The notes beneath the pieces are model-generated. The model had not been told where the DNA came from, searched no databases, and saw nothing but the letters and a program-made list of their open reading frames with translations. A stretch of 64,000 bases of DNA from a virus, in the IMG/VR virus record IMGVR_UViG_3300017917_004642, positions 1 through 64,000 of that record; one strand, 5' to 3'. Positions 1 to 9,901 of the stretch are shown in pieces (position 1 is the stretch's first letter; every line of letters begins with the position of its first letter). The position numbers and the translations under genes are program-made.

Positions 1-299
1 CCAGGTAAAGAAGAAGGTGATGCAGATTACGACGTAAAAGTTGTAACAGCTAAAGCCAAAAACCCAGAAGTAATGGATATAGATCCAGATTTAGCTTCTG
101 CACCCGGCGACGAAAAAGCAAAATCTCTTGATTATGAGGTTAACAAAGAAATGGGATATAATGTAGACGAATCTGCTGACATTATGAAAACGGATCAGGA
201 ATTAGCCAAAGCACCAGGTAAAGAAGAAGGTGATGCAGATTACGACGTAAAAGTTGTAACAGCTAAAGCCAAAAACCCAGAAGTAATGGATATAGATCC
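1..299 (+). repeat. Perfect 86-nt direct repeat (1-86 and 214-299), period 213 nt, in frame
   Basis: ccaggtaaagaagaaggtgatgcagattac...gatatagatcc occurs identically twice. Confidence 0.95.
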
Positions 300-504
300 T
301 AATTTCGCCAAAGCACCTGAAAAAGGATCAAAGGCAGATACTGATGTGGAGGTAAATTCTGAAATGGGTTATAATCTTGGTGAAGCTATTGAATACTTGA
401 AGAAGAATATGAATACTGAAGAAGTAAAGAAATTCTTGCAAGAAATGGCAACTGAGCTTGAAGCTAATTCTTTAGACGAAAGCGAAGAATCAAAAAAAAA
501 CTAA
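1..504 (+). CDS. 3' part of an acidic, repeat-containing hypothetical (probably virion) protein; 5' end lies outside the window
   Basis: Frame is open from position 1 (PGKEEGDADY...) to TAA at 502-504. Recurrent LAKAPG/LASAPG motifs and a 71-aa repeat period. Confidence 0.8.
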   Translation, partial: PGKEEGDADYDVKVVTAKAKNPEVMDIDPDLASAPGDEKAKSLDYEVNKEMGYNVDESADIMKTDQELAKAPGKEEGDADYDVKVVTAKAKNPEVMDIDPNFAKAPEKGSKADTDVEVNSEMGYNLGEAIEYLKKNMNTEEVKKFLQEMATELEANSLDESEESKKN

Positions 505-677
505 AGAAAATACTCAGTAGAGTTTGGTCGGTAGCACCATCAAGCTCTGAGCAAGACGAAAAGCCAAAACCTTTCGTTGACGATTATAAAAAAGGGATGA
601 GTGTAGCCCCAGACGGAAAAGATAAGTCTGAGGATGCACTCATTTCTTATGAAGAGGGTGAGGAGAAGAAGTAATCT

Positions 678-706
678 GAAACTATCCTCGAGGTTTAGGC
701 TAAAAT
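678..706 (+). promoter_or_regulatory. Putative ECF-like promoter, GAAACT-N15-GCTAAAAT
   Basis: The same bipartite motif lies upstream of the genes at 6977, 11439, 29702 and 32659. Confidence 0.5.
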
Positions 707-730
707 CTTAGATAAAATAATTTTAATTTA

Positions 731-1090
731 ATGGCAAAAGCATACGTAAATAATACGGACTTAATGGCTGCAATCCTACAGTCCAAAGAAAAGGGGCAGC
801 TAACGCCAGAAACAATTAAAATGTTTACCTTAATGATTCAGGGCATTTCTAAGAAAATGGCTTATAAAGACCCTGAAGATAGAGAGGATTGTATGGCTTT
901 TGCAATGGAGGACCTGGTTAAATATTGGAACAGATTCGATCCATCCAAGTCCAATAACCCATTTGCTTACTATACACAGATTGCTAAAAACGGTTTTGCC
1001 AAGGGGTGGAAAAAGATGCATCCGCCAAAAGCACCTAAAACAATTCCATTTTCATATATTACAGGCGACGATAATTCTTATAATGTTTAA
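731..1090 (+). CDS. gp55: T4 gp55-like late-transcription sigma factor
   Basis: YVNN near the N-terminus and EDREDC...YWNRFDPSKSNNPFAYYTQIAKN are typical of the gp55 family. Confidence 0.85.
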   Translation: MAKAYVNNTDLMAAILQSKEKGQLTPETIKMFTLMIQGISKKMAYKDPEDREDCMAFAMEDLVKYWNRFDPSKSNNPFAYYTQIAKNGFAKGWKKMHPPKAPKTIPFSYITGDDNSYNV

Positions 1091-1095
1091 TCTAA

Positions 1096-1581
1096 ATGAC
1101 TGATATAAAAAAGATAAAGCCAAACGGTGATTATAAGTCTGGCCTTTTTGTACCTCAGAATCCAGACAAATACATCGGAGACGTTCACAATATAATTTGC
1201 AGATCCTCTTGGGAATTCAGATTTTGTAAATATTGCGATACGAACCCAAGAATATTAAAGTGGAGTTCGGAACCTGTTGTAATTCCTTATTACAATCCAT
1301 TGGACAAGAAGGAACATAATTATAATGTTGATTTCTATATGAAAGTTATACAGGAGGATGGGCAGGAAGCCGAATGGATAATCGAGATCAAGCCAGAGAA
1401 CCAACATAAAAAACCCATTTATGAAGGTAGCGCAACATTACCTAAGCTAAAATCTTACAACTACAAAATGCAAATTTGGATTACGAATCAATCTAAATTT
1501 AAAGCAGCAAGGGCTTGGGCAGAAGCAAGAGGAATGAAATTTGGTGTGGTTGATGAAAATTTCCTATTTAAAAGCTCGTGA
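1096..1581 (+). CDS. gp4: Head completion nuclease (T4 gp4-like, TnsA-type PD-(D/E)xK)
   Basis: KYIGD..IICRSSWE...KWSSE..IPY....HNYNVDF...IEIKP motifs. Confidence 0.85.
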   Translation: MTDIKKIKPNGDYKSGLFVPQNPDKYIGDVHNIICRSSWEFRFCKYCDTNPRILKWSSEPVVIPYYNPLDKKEHNYNVDFYMKVIQEDGQEAEWIIEIKPENQHKKPIYEGSATLPKLKSYNYKMQIWITNQSKFKAARAWAEARGMKFGVVDENFLFKSS

Positions 1582-2180
1582 AGACTTTTCTTGAACAGCT
1601 TAAACAGCTCAAGGAAAAATCCCAATCTATTTCAGCACTATCGTCTGAAGTGAATGCTTACATATCTAAAAAATATGGCGCTAATAGCAAAGGTGGCGAT
1701 GAATCTTTTAAAGACTTCGTAAGCGGTAAGATATATTTTTCTGAGTATATTACACCAACAAGGCTATCAGATAAGGTAAGATATATCAACAGATATCCAT
1801 TGTTTTTATTCGTTTCTGAGGAAAGGATTGACAATGAAACTATCTGCAAAGTTTTGGATCTAAATGTTATACCTCCTGAATACAGAGGAAATATTTTAAC
1901 TAAGATATTTGACCATTATTTTCAAAAGATCAACGAGAATAGTGAAGATCCAAATTCAGCACAGCAATCTTTAGGTCTAAATGGAATTGCATTACAATCC
2001 CTTTTGAAGGATACTGGATATCAGAGTTCTGTAACGGGATTTAAAAAGAAATATCTTATAAACCCTAAGGTCGTAGACTATAAGGATTGGGTAAGGATAC
2101 CCTACATTTCTATCTCTTCCATACAGGGTCTTCCAGTAGAGCAGATATATACTTCTTATAGATCGAAATTAAACCAATAA
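1578..2180 (+). CDS. DNA end protector protein (T4 gp2-like)
   Basis: GKIYFSEY...INRYPL...LDLNVIPPEYR resembles gp2 motifs; adjacent to gp4; GTG start overlaps the upstream stop. Confidence 0.6.
   Translation: MKTFLEQLKQLKEKSQSISALSSEVNAYISKKYGANSKGGDESFKDFVSGKIYFSEYITPTRLSDKVRYINRYPLFLFVSEERIDNETICKVLDLNVIPPEYRGNILTKIFDHYFQKINENSEDPNSAQQSLGLNGIALQSLLKDTGYQSSVTGFKKKYLINPKVVDYKDWVRIPYISISSIQGLPVEQIYTSYRSKLNQ
2144..2151 (+). promoter_or_regulatory. Putative late promoter GATATATA upstream of the portal genes
   Basis: Recurrent octamer before structural genes. Confidence 0.55.
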
Positions 2181-2213
2181 TCCAATCTAAAAACATACAT
2201 CTAAAATCGCAAG

Positions 2214-3866
2214 ATGCCAGGATTTGTAGAAAACCCAAACAGCAACCCAATTTTTCAGAGGATTAGAGACTCTGTTAAAAATCTGAGCAATTTCGGTTTG
2301 AGGTATGGAGATATGGTTGTTAAGAACTCGCAAGCAATCGGAACAACAGAAGCTGAGTTTCTAAAAAAAGGTCCGATCGAAGACGAGACAACTTTCTTTT
2401 CTTTAGGAAGACAGGATACAACAACCAGACAATACATTGCATACTTTGATAAAGATTATGCAGGAAAGAGAGATTATCTTAGAAAGTTCTCTTTGAACCC
2501 GGAGATTGAATACATCCTTGATACAATCTGTGACGAATCCATAACTTACGACCCGTTTAACTTTTTTGCATATCCAGCTTTTCTAAATCTTACTGGGCTA
2601 AAACCGAAAGTTGTAGACCGTGTCGATTCTGCCTACAAACAGCTGTATGACATGTTTGGATTCAATGACGACATCAGTGCATGGCAATATTTTAGACAAT
2701 TATTGGTAGATGGATTTATAGCATTCGAGATTGTATACGATGACAAGGGAAAAAATGTGATTGGATTTAAAGAATTGGATGCTACCACATTAATGTCATC
2801 TGTTGAAAAGCAGCCTGATGGTTCTTATCTTAATGTTTGGTACCAATACCCAAAAGATGAGAAGAAGAGAAGAATGCTTTACGACTCACAGATCATTTAC
2901 ATTTCTCACGCAAAAGGAAATTCAGTATCTAGAGTAAGCTATACAGAGCGTTTAATTCGTCCGTATAACGTTCTGAGGATCATCGAATACACAAGAGTAA
3001 TCTGGTCGGTGATGAATGCATCGTTTAGAATGAAAATGACCGTTCCTGTTGGGTCCAGATCACAACAAAAAGCAATGCAAACACTTGGAGAATTGATGAG
3101 CATCTATAAAGAAGATATTCAATTCAATGACGAGAGCGGAGAACTTGCGGTAAATGGACAGCCAAAGATTCAGTTTTATAAAAACTATCTTATGCCCAAG
3201 GGAGTAAATGGGACACCAACCATTGAGCCTTTAAATACCGCTGGACCAAATCTTAACGATCCAGCTCCTTTAGCTTATTTCTTCGATAAATTGGTCCAAG
3301 AATCTAAGGTACCTTTTTCGAGGTTTCAAGGACCAGATGGCGGATCAATAGGAAACTATTCGAATGCTGCTGAAGGACTAGACAAGGAAGAAATAAGATT
3401 TGCTAAGTTCATCATGAGACTTAGATCCAATTTCCAGGATATACTTATAAAGCCTTTGTGGCTTCAACTATGTAAAGATTTTCCAGAACTGGAGAAAGAT
3501 TACATGTTTAAAAGTCAGCTTGGATTAACTTTCATTTCGGATAACCCTTTTAGGGTAAACCAGGAAATCGAAAGCATGAGTAAGAAAAAAGAGTCTATCG
3601 ATGCTCTTTATGGATTACTTGGTGAGGATGGACAACCTTTCTTTTCGTTAGCTTATCTCATCGAAAATTATTTGGGCATGACTGAGGACGATATCCAAGC
3701 TAACAAAGAAGCTAAGCTTAAGAGAGAAAAAGAAAAGCAAAAAGAAGCTAAGAAAGCTCAAGCAGAAGCACCACCTGCAGAAAGTGAAGAAACCTCAACT
3801 AGCACAGAGACTGAAGCACCACCGGCAGAAGAAGCACCACCGGCAGAAGAGGCTACACCGGCTTAA
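2214..3866 (+). CDS. gp20: Portal vertex protein, T4 gp20-like, paralogue 1
   Basis: LNPEIEYILDTICDE, FRQLLVDG, SYTERLIRPYNVLRIIE, NYLMP, YFFDKL..VPFSRF and EEIRFAKFIMRLR follow the gp20 motif order. Confidence 0.9.
   Translation: MPGFVENPNSNPIFQRIRDSVKNLSNFGLRYGDMVVKNSQAIGTTEAEFLKKGPIEDETTFFSLGRQDTTTRQYIAYFDKDYAGKRDYLRKFSLNPEIEYILDTICDESITYDPFNFFAYPAFLNLTGLKPKVVDRVDSAYKQLYDMFGFNDDISAWQYFRQLLVDGFIAFEIVYDDKGKNVIGFKELDATTLMSSVEKQPDGSYLNVWYQYPKDEKKRRMLYDSQIIYISHAKGNSVSRVSYTERLIRPYNVLRIIEYTRVIWSVMNASFRMKMTVPVGSRSQQKAMQTLGELMSIYKEDIQFNDESGELAVNGQPKIQFYKNYLMPKGVNGTPTIEPLNTAGPNLNDPAPLAYFFDKLVQESKVPFSRFQGPDGGSIGNYSNAAEGLDKEEIRFAKFIMRLRSNFQDILIKPLWLQLCKDFPELEKDYMFKSQLGLTFISDNPFRVNQEIESMSKKKESIDALYGLLGEDGQPFFSLAYLIENYLGMTEDDIQANKEAKLKREKEKQKEAKKAQAEAPPAESEETSTSTETEAPPAEEAPPAEEATPA
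3813..3848 (+). repeat. Perfect 18-nt tandem repeat (EAPPAE x2) in the acidic tail of portal 1
   Basis: gaagcaccaccggcagaa twice. Confidence 0.9.
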
Positions 3867-3881
3867 TAAAAAACTAGAGGA

Positions 3882-5474
3882 ATGGCAGGATTTTTAGATA
3901 ACTCAGTAGAAAGAACATTTTTAGGGAATTTATATAAGAACTTAGCTAAGGTTAGCAAGTTCGGTATGCAATATGAGGATATGGTTATTCGTAATTCTCA
4001 AGCAATTGGTGCCACTGAATCAACATTTTTTAATAGCGAGGGAACTGGATTTACCGAAAATAATGCTTTCTTCTGGACTCTAGGATATCAAGACACAAGG
4101 GTTAGAAAATACATTGCATATTTCGACAAGGATTATCTAGGAAAAAGAGACTTCCTGAGAAAATTTGCTTTGAATGGTGAGATTGATTTTATTCTGGATA
4201 CCCTTTCTGATGATGCTGTAAATTACGACGACAAGAATTTCTTTTCTTATCCAAGTTTAGTAAACATAGATCTAAAAGACGAGATAAAAGAAAAGGTAGA
4301 AGAGAACTTTAGAAATCTTTACATGCTATTTGGTTTCCAGCAGAGTATTCTTGCCTGGCAATACTTTAGACAATTTCTTATTGATGGATTTTTAGCTTTT
4401 GAGATCGTTTATTCAACCGACGGTAAAAAGATAGTAGGTTTTAAGGAATTAGATGCTACTTCTTTGCAACCTGCAACAGAGCAAATGCCGAATGGTGAAT
4501 TCCAACAGATCTGGATTCAGTACCCTCAAGATAATAGAATGACCAGAAAACTGAAATCTGAACAAGTTCTGTATCTTTCGTATGCTAAAGGTAACACGGT
4601 ATCTAGAGTAAGCTACACAGAAAGATTAATTAGATCTTATAACATTCTTAGAGTGATGGAAAACACCAGAGTAATCTGGAATGTTATGAATGCTTCTTAC
4701 CGTTTAAAGTTTGTTATCCCTGTTGGAACACAGTCCATGCAAAAGGCAATGCAAACTTTGGGGCAGTTAATGTCTGTGTACAAGGAAGAAATCCAAATCA
4801 ATGATTACTCAGGTGAACTTACAGTAAATGGTACACCTAAGGTTCAGTTTTATAAAAATTACCTTTTCCCTGAAAAAGATGGCGAATCTCCAGACATTAA
4901 CACATTAAACCCGTCTGGACCTGACTTCAACGTTATGGAGAACGTGGTTTATTTTTACAATAAGCTTAAGTTAGATTCAAAATTACCCTATGCAAGATTT
5001 GCATTTAGAGGTGGAACCCCTGCTAATTACCAAATCAGTATTGATCAGCTTGAGAGAGACGAGATTAGATACGAAAAATTTGTAGGCAGACTTAGATCTA
5101 TATTCCAAGAGATAATTGTAAAGCCTTTGTACATCCAAATGTGTTTGGATTTTCCTGAATTGTCTAAGGATAGAACTTTTAAGGCCAATCTTGGTTTGAA
5201 TTTTGTCAAAGAGAATATGTTTGAACAATTGATTCAGCTTTCTAATTACACAAAGAGATCTGATTTTATTACATCAATGGGAGATATGAAGCAGAGAATC
5301 GGTGAGGAAGAAGTTGCTTATTTTGACAAGGAATTCTTGATTAAAAGATGGCTTGGTTTAAGCATGGACGAATACAGGATGAACCAGAAGTACAAAGACG
5401 AAGAAGCAGCTCAGTCGGAAAAGAAGAAAGAAGAAGGAGGAGCAGAAGGAGCAGAGGGAGGATTTACCCTTTAA
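3882..5474 (+). CDS. gp20: Portal vertex protein, T4 gp20-like, paralogue 2
   Basis: Colinear with 2214..3866 (NSQAIG, YIAYFDKDY.GKRD.LRKF, GFKELDAT, SRVSYTERLIR, RDEIRYEKF). Confidence 0.9.
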   Translation: MAGFLDNSVERTFLGNLYKNLAKVSKFGMQYEDMVIRNSQAIGATESTFFNSEGTGFTENNAFFWTLGYQDTRVRKYIAYFDKDYLGKRDFLRKFALNGEIDFILDTLSDDAVNYDDKNFFSYPSLVNIDLKDEIKEKVEENFRNLYMLFGFQQSILAWQYFRQFLIDGFLAFEIVYSTDGKKIVGFKELDATSLQPATEQMPNGEFQQIWIQYPQDNRMTRKLKSEQVLYLSYAKGNTVSRVSYTERLIRSYNILRVMENTRVIWNVMNASYRLKFVIPVGTQSMQKAMQTLGQLMSVYKEEIQINDYSGELTVNGTPKVQFYKNYLFPEKDGESPDINTLNPSGPDFNVMENVVYFYNKLKLDSKLPYARFAFRGGTPANYQISIDQLERDEIRYEKFVGRLRSIFQEIIVKPLYIQMCLDFPELSKDRTFKANLGLNFVKENMFEQLIQLSNYTKRSDFITSMGDMKQRIGEEEVAYFDKEFLIKRWLGLSMDEYRMNQKYKDEEAAQSEKKKEEGGAEGAEGGFTL

Positions 5475-5568
5475 TTCCCATTACTATCTAATTTTTTAAG
5501 GATGCAGTTCTTGTTTTCCTTTTTATGATTAACCAAAGATTTTATTTTTTTAAACCGCATTTCTTTTC

Positions 5569-5576
5569 TAGATTTG
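5569..5576 (+). promoter_or_regulatory. Bacteroidota housekeeping-sigma -7 element TAGATTTG (early promoter)
   Basis: Matches TAnnTTTG, 5 nt before the ligase ATG. Confidence 0.6.
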
Positions 5577-5580
5577 CAAC

Positions 5581-6927
5581 ATGATCAAAGAACTCAGAAC
5601 ATTAGCGGAGGTTGAACTCTTAACCGGTAACGGTTCTCAAAAAGAGAAGCAAAGACTCATTTCGGAGAACCTGTCCGAAGAAATGCTTTACATAATCGAC
5701 ATCTGCTTCAATCCTTTCGTTACCACGAAATTGCATAAACTGGAGATTGAAAAAACTAGAGGAATTATACCACCCTCAGCATTTCCAGGATTCCAAGCTT
5801 TCAAGGATCTTGTTGAAGATCTCAAAAAGGCACCAGCTGCAAATGATTCTCTTAGACAAAGAGCTAACTTCCTGATTAACTCTTGCCTCGTCGAAGATCC
5901 AAAAGAGGATCTTTTGTTACGTGATATCCTGATGAAAATTCTTACAAAAAGAATGAATATTGGGATTGGTGCTAAGCTTATCAATAAAGCAGTTGGAAGC
6001 GAATTAATTCCGGATCCTTCAGTAATGCTTGCTTCTGATGACCAAAAAGAAGTTTCTGGCTGGAGCAAAATTTATTGCGAAGAGAAATATGATGGTGTTC
6101 GAGTAATTGCAGTTGGAAACAGAGAAAATGGATTTCAATTTTACACCAGAGCATTTAACGAGCTTGACAAGACTAAGCTTTCTGGTATAGAATCTGAGCT
6201 CGTTAAGATGCTACATGCTGCTAACGTGATTTCAGATGTTTTCTTTGACGGAGAACTCACAGATCTCAATAGAAAATCTGTTTCGGGAAAAGTAACACAG
6301 ATCCTTAAAGGGACTGCTTCAAACGACATCGACAAAGAATTCATCTTCAATGTTTTTGATGTCGAAAAATCAGAAGTTTTGAAGACTGGAAAGGGAACCA
6401 CACCCTTCATTAAAAGAAGACAAGAGCTCGAATTCCTCACCGGTTTTTTGCCGGAACAAAGCCCGGTTAAATTAGCTCGCCAGTGGGTAGTGGATTCAAT
6501 GGAGAAAACCCACGAGATATATGGACTGATAGTATCGATGGGAGGGGAAGGCGTTATTCTAAAACCTGAGGATCACGTCTATGAATGTAAACGCAGTAAA
6601 AAATGGATTAAATTAAAGCAGATCCAGGACTGTGATTTGGAGATCACTGGGTGGTATCCAGGTGAAGGTAAAAGAGAAGGCTTTATAGGCGGATTCATCT
6701 GTACGGATTCATCTAAAACTTTGAATGTAAAAATTGGGTCTGGGTTTACTGATAAGGATCTTCAAGAACTTAGTAAAGATCCAGACACACTGATTGGTAA
6801 AATCATAGCTGTACAGTACAATGAGCCAATCACTGATAAGTTTGGAGGCAGGAGCTTGTTTCTACCACGTTTTATTGAGGTTCGACACGATAAGAATGAA
6901 GCAGACGACCTTTCCAAAAAGTTCTAA
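5581..6927 (+). CDS. lig: ATP-dependent DNA ligase (T4 gp30-like)
   Basis: EEKYDGVR (motif I), FDGEL, EGVILK, KRSKKWIKLK, GSGFTD, SLFLPRF...R.DK. Confidence 0.95.
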   Translation: MIKELRTLAEVELLTGNGSQKEKQRLISENLSEEMLYIIDICFNPFVTTKLHKLEIEKTRGIIPPSAFPGFQAFKDLVEDLKKAPAANDSLRQRANFLINSCLVEDPKEDLLLRDILMKILTKRMNIGIGAKLINKAVGSELIPDPSVMLASDDQKEVSGWSKIYCEEKYDGVRVIAVGNRENGFQFYTRAFNELDKTKLSGIESELVKMLHAANVISDVFFDGELTDLNRKSVSGKVTQILKGTASNDIDKEFIFNVFDVEKSEVLKTGKGTTPFIKRRQELEFLTGFLPEQSPVKLARQWVVDSMEKTHEIYGLIVSMGGEGVILKPEDHVYECKRSKKWIKLKQIQDCDLEITGWYPGEGKREGFIGGFICTDSSKTLNVKIGSGFTDKDLQELSKDPDTLIGKIIAVQYNEPITDKFGGRSLFLPRFIEVRHDKNEADDLSKKF

Positions 6928-6932
6928 ATGTG

Positions 6933-6961
6933 GAAACTTAACCCCCCTTTTTCCGTAAGAT
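6933..6961 (+). promoter_or_regulatory. Putative ECF-like promoter, GAAACT-N15-CGTAAGAT
   Basis: Intergenic, 15 nt before the clamp loader ATG; recurrent motif. Confidence 0.55.
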
Positions 6962-6976
6962 AAGAAAAGGTTTTCC

Positions 6977-7927
6977 ATGATAGACCAACTACTTACAGAG
7001 AAATTAAGACCAAAGGAAGTTAAGCACATGATTCTCCCAAACAGAATTAGGATTCTGTTTGAGGGTAAAGGATTAAATCAGAACATTTTATTGGCTGGTT
7101 CACCTGGCTGCGGAAAGACAACACTAGCAAAAATCCTGTCCAGAGATTTACCACACATTTTCATCAACGTTTCCGATGAAAGTTCGGTTGAGACTATCAG
7201 AACAAAGATCAATGATTTTTGTTCTACGATTAGCATACTGGACGGAAAATCGGCAAAGAAGGTGGTAGTTCTTGACGAGTTCGATGGTGCTTCTGATCAA
7301 TTTTATAAAGCTCTTCGAGGAACTATAGAAAAATTTGCTGGCAACACTAGATTTGTTGCAACATGCAATTGGATCAATAAAGTACCAGAAGCCATCCAAT
7401 CCAGGTTTGAAGTCATTAATTTTGATCCAATTAATCAGGAAGAAGAAGACTTTGTAAAGAATGAATGGAAAGGAAGGATTAGACTCATTCTTACTAAACT
7501 TGGTATTTCTATTGATGATTCTTCTTTGGATGAATTCGAAAAGGAATATTTCCCTGATCTTAGATCAGCACTAAACAGAATCCAGTCTTGGCAGATAGAA
7601 GGAATCTCCTCAGTCGATTCCTCTAAGATAAAAGATTCAGCTTGGTCTTACGAAGATCTATACCAAATGATTTTTAATTCAAAGGATCCGATTTCTAATT
7701 ATCAGGTTATTGTCGGACAATATTCTAGTAAGGTTGATGATGTCATGACAGCTTTGGGTGAAGAATTTATTAATTGGATTATTAAAAATAAACAAAACAT
7801 GTCCAAGATTATTCCTGGAGTAGTAGTTTTGGTAGCAGAACATCAAGCACAAAGAACACAGGTAATTGACCCTGTAGTTTCTCTCTTAGCACTAATCTTC
7901 AAAATTCAAAAATTAACAGACAACTAA
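6977..7927 (+). CDS. gp44: Clamp loader AAA+ subunit (T4 gp44 / RFC-small)
   Basis: EKLRP, Walker A GSPGCGKTT, Walker B VVVLDEFD, ALRG.IE, IQSRF, DLRSALN. Confidence 0.95.
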   Translation: MIDQLLTEKLRPKEVKHMILPNRIRILFEGKGLNQNILLAGSPGCGKTTLAKILSRDLPHIFINVSDESSVETIRTKINDFCSTISILDGKSAKKVVVLDEFDGASDQFYKALRGTIEKFAGNTRFVATCNWINKVPEAIQSRFEVINFDPINQEEEDFVKNEWKGRIRLILTKLGISIDDSSLDEFEKEYFPDLRSALNRIQSWQIEGISSVDSSKIKDSAWSYEDLYQMIFNSKDPISNYQVIVGQYSSKVDDVMTALGEEFINWIIKNKQNMSKIIPGVVVLVAEHQAQRTQVIDPVVSLLALIFKIQKLTDN

Positions 7928-8247
7928 TGGATCTTTTATCGGAAGAAATCAGAAAAAACGGGTTCATCTACCGTCTTGAAAAAAGAGGTGAAAAGGCCAT
8001 GATGTATCGTCAGATTTGCCCAGAGGAAGGCGACACTATTGCTTATGAGGTTTTCAAAATAAAAGTTGATAAACCCAAGGTTGTATTTGGTATTCAGCTT
8101 AACGAGAGAGAAATTTTTCCCGGTAACGAAGACTTTGGTAAATGGGCTTGGTCTACTAGATACCCAGATAGAGCGGAGATCATCTACGAAAGGATTGAAT
8201 CTGGAATAGTAGATGATGATCAGGAAAAGGAACCAGCAGATGAATAA
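7927..8247 (+). CDS. Hypothetical protein
   Basis: Translationally coupled to the upstream gene (TAATG); plausible composition. Confidence 0.7.
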   Translation: MDLLSEEIRKNGFIYRLEKRGEKAMMYRQICPEEGDTIAYEVFKIKVDKPKVVFGIQLNEREIFPGNEDFGKWAWSTRYPDRAEIIYERIESGIVDDDQEKEPADE

Positions 8248-8755
8248 GAGGATCATAATAGTAGGAAAGGGCGGATCTGGTAAGGACCATCTTAGAAAGT
8301 CTCTTTCTGAAATTGGCTATAAATATTGCGTGTCTCACACTTCAAGACCGCCTAGACAAGGAGAAGAAAATGGGGTTGATTATTTCTTTGTAGATCTTAA
8401 TGAAGTTTCAGATCCGAAATTTCTAGAAAAGAATTTCTACGAGTATGTTATGTTCAATGGATGGTTTTATGGAACATCAATTCCAGAATTTAAAAAAAGC
8501 GATCTGTTAATCATGACGCCATCGGGTGTAGAAAAGCTAAAACCAGAGGACAGGAAAGAATCCCATATAATCTATTTAGATATCTCTGAGAATATCAGAA
8601 GAGAAAGACTATTATCTAGAAATGATGCGGATAATGCTGAAAGAAGAATAAAGACAGATCATGAAGATTTCTTAAACTTCACTGACTATGACGATCGAAT
8701 CACGGATCCGTTTTTTGATCTTCAAACAATTCTAACTGATTACACAAAAAAATAA
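8240..8755 (+). CDS. gmk: Guanylate kinase
   Basis: GKGGSGKD P-loop, VSHTSRPPRQGEENGVDYFFV, WFYGT. Start moved to the ATG at 8240. Confidence 0.9.
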   Translation: MNKRIIIVGKGGSGKDHLRKSLSEIGYKYCVSHTSRPPRQGEENGVDYFFVDLNEVSDPKFLEKNFYEYVMFNGWFYGTSIPEFKKSDLLIMTPSGVEKLKPEDRKESHIIYLDISENIRRERLLSRNDADNAERRIKTDHEDFLNFTDYDDRITDPFFDLQTILTDYTKK

Positions 8756-8760
8756 AAGAT

Positions 8761-9900
8761 ATGATAAATGTGTGTGTTGATGGAAATTATATTTTCCACA
8801 AGACCTTTGGCGTTTTCGGCGGATATGGATCTAAGGATCCAGCTGAAGTCCTGAAAACAAAGGGAGAGCAAGCTATGTTCATCAAAAAGATTGCTACTGA
8901 TTTGTGCTCAAGCCTTAAAATGATACCGACTGGAGGAAGATTAATCTTTACTATAGATAGCAAAAGCTGGAGAAAAGATGTTGAGATAGAGGATGGAGGA
9001 TATAAGTCAAATCGGGTAAAGGATGAAAATGTAGATTGGTCTATTTTTTATGATCTTATGCTTGATTTCGGTAAACAGCTTGAAAAGATGGGTTTTATTT
9101 TTTCTAAAGTCGAGGGAGCAGAGGGTGATGACCTATTGTATTTCTGGGCGGATCACTTCAATAAATCCGGTGAGGATTGCATTATAATTTCTGGCGATAA
9201 GGACATGCACCAGATGGCTAGGTATACTGGTAAAAATTGGACTGCTGTATGGAATAGCAATTCAAAGAACAATGTAATTTCTGTACCACAAGGATGGGAA
9301 GAAAATTGGCTAAATTCATCAGGCCCAGTTTCAGTTTTTGAAATGTCTGACATAATGGCTCCTGATAAAAATAAGATGAAGGAATTCCTGACCAAAGTTT
9401 CGTTAGAAACTATTAATCCCAGAGACTTTATTTTCAATAAAATGCTAATTGGTGATAAGGGTGATGCAGTTCCTAGCATTTGGGAATTCGAACCAACCCC
9501 GGGAAAAAATTCCAAGCTTTCTCCCAAAAAAGCTGAATCTATTATGGAGTCTTTGTCTCAATCGAAATGGGGAGACTGTTCATTCAATTATCTTTTATCT
9601 GATAGTGAATTTTTAGATTGGGTCTCTGGGTACACACTTCGTCTTATGAAGGATGTTGATAACAGAGAAAACAGAGATAAAGTAACCAAAAATTTACTAA
9701 GAAATTATACGTTAATGTGGCTTGACCATTCGGTTATACCAGACTGGGTAACTCAGAAAGCTCAAAATGAAATCGAAAGAGGAATGAGTCTTCCTAGGAA
9801 ATCTATAACGTTAGATAGAATTAAAATTCTAGATGGAACTGAATGGGCAACTGCTCAGTCTGCACCTAAAACATTTGATCCGTTCGCTGACTTTATTTAA
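8761..9900 (+). CDS. rnh: 5'-3' exonuclease / T4 RNase H-like flap endonuclease
   Basis: VDGN, SWRK...YKSNR, EGAEGDD, IISGDKDMHQ, GDKGDAVP. Confidence 0.9.
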   Translation: MINVCVDGNYIFHKTFGVFGGYGSKDPAEVLKTKGEQAMFIKKIATDLCSSLKMIPTGGRLIFTIDSKSWRKDVEIEDGGYKSNRVKDENVDWSIFYDLMLDFGKQLEKMGFIFSKVEGAEGDDLLYFWADHFNKSGEDCIIISGDKDMHQMARYTGKNWTAVWNSNSKNNVISVPQGWEENWLNSSGPVSVFEMSDIMAPDKNKMKEFLTKVSLETINPRDFIFNKMLIGDKGDAVPSIWEFEPTPGKNSKLSPKKAESIMESLSQSKWGDCSFNYLLSDSEFLDWVSGYTLRLMKDVDNRENRDKVTKNLLRNYTLMWLDHSVIPDWVTQKAQNEIERGMSLPRKSITLDRIKILDGTEWATAQSAPKTFDPFADFI

Positions 9901-9901
9901 G

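Noticed and set aside
1096-1581. TnsA transposase suggesting a Tn7 element
   Set aside because: The context (gp55, gp2, portal) identifies it as the T4 gp4-like head completion nuclease, and no tnsBC genes are present.
2214-5474. Portal duplication as an assembly artefact
   Set aside because: The copies differ extensively in DNA and protein sequence and have different termini.
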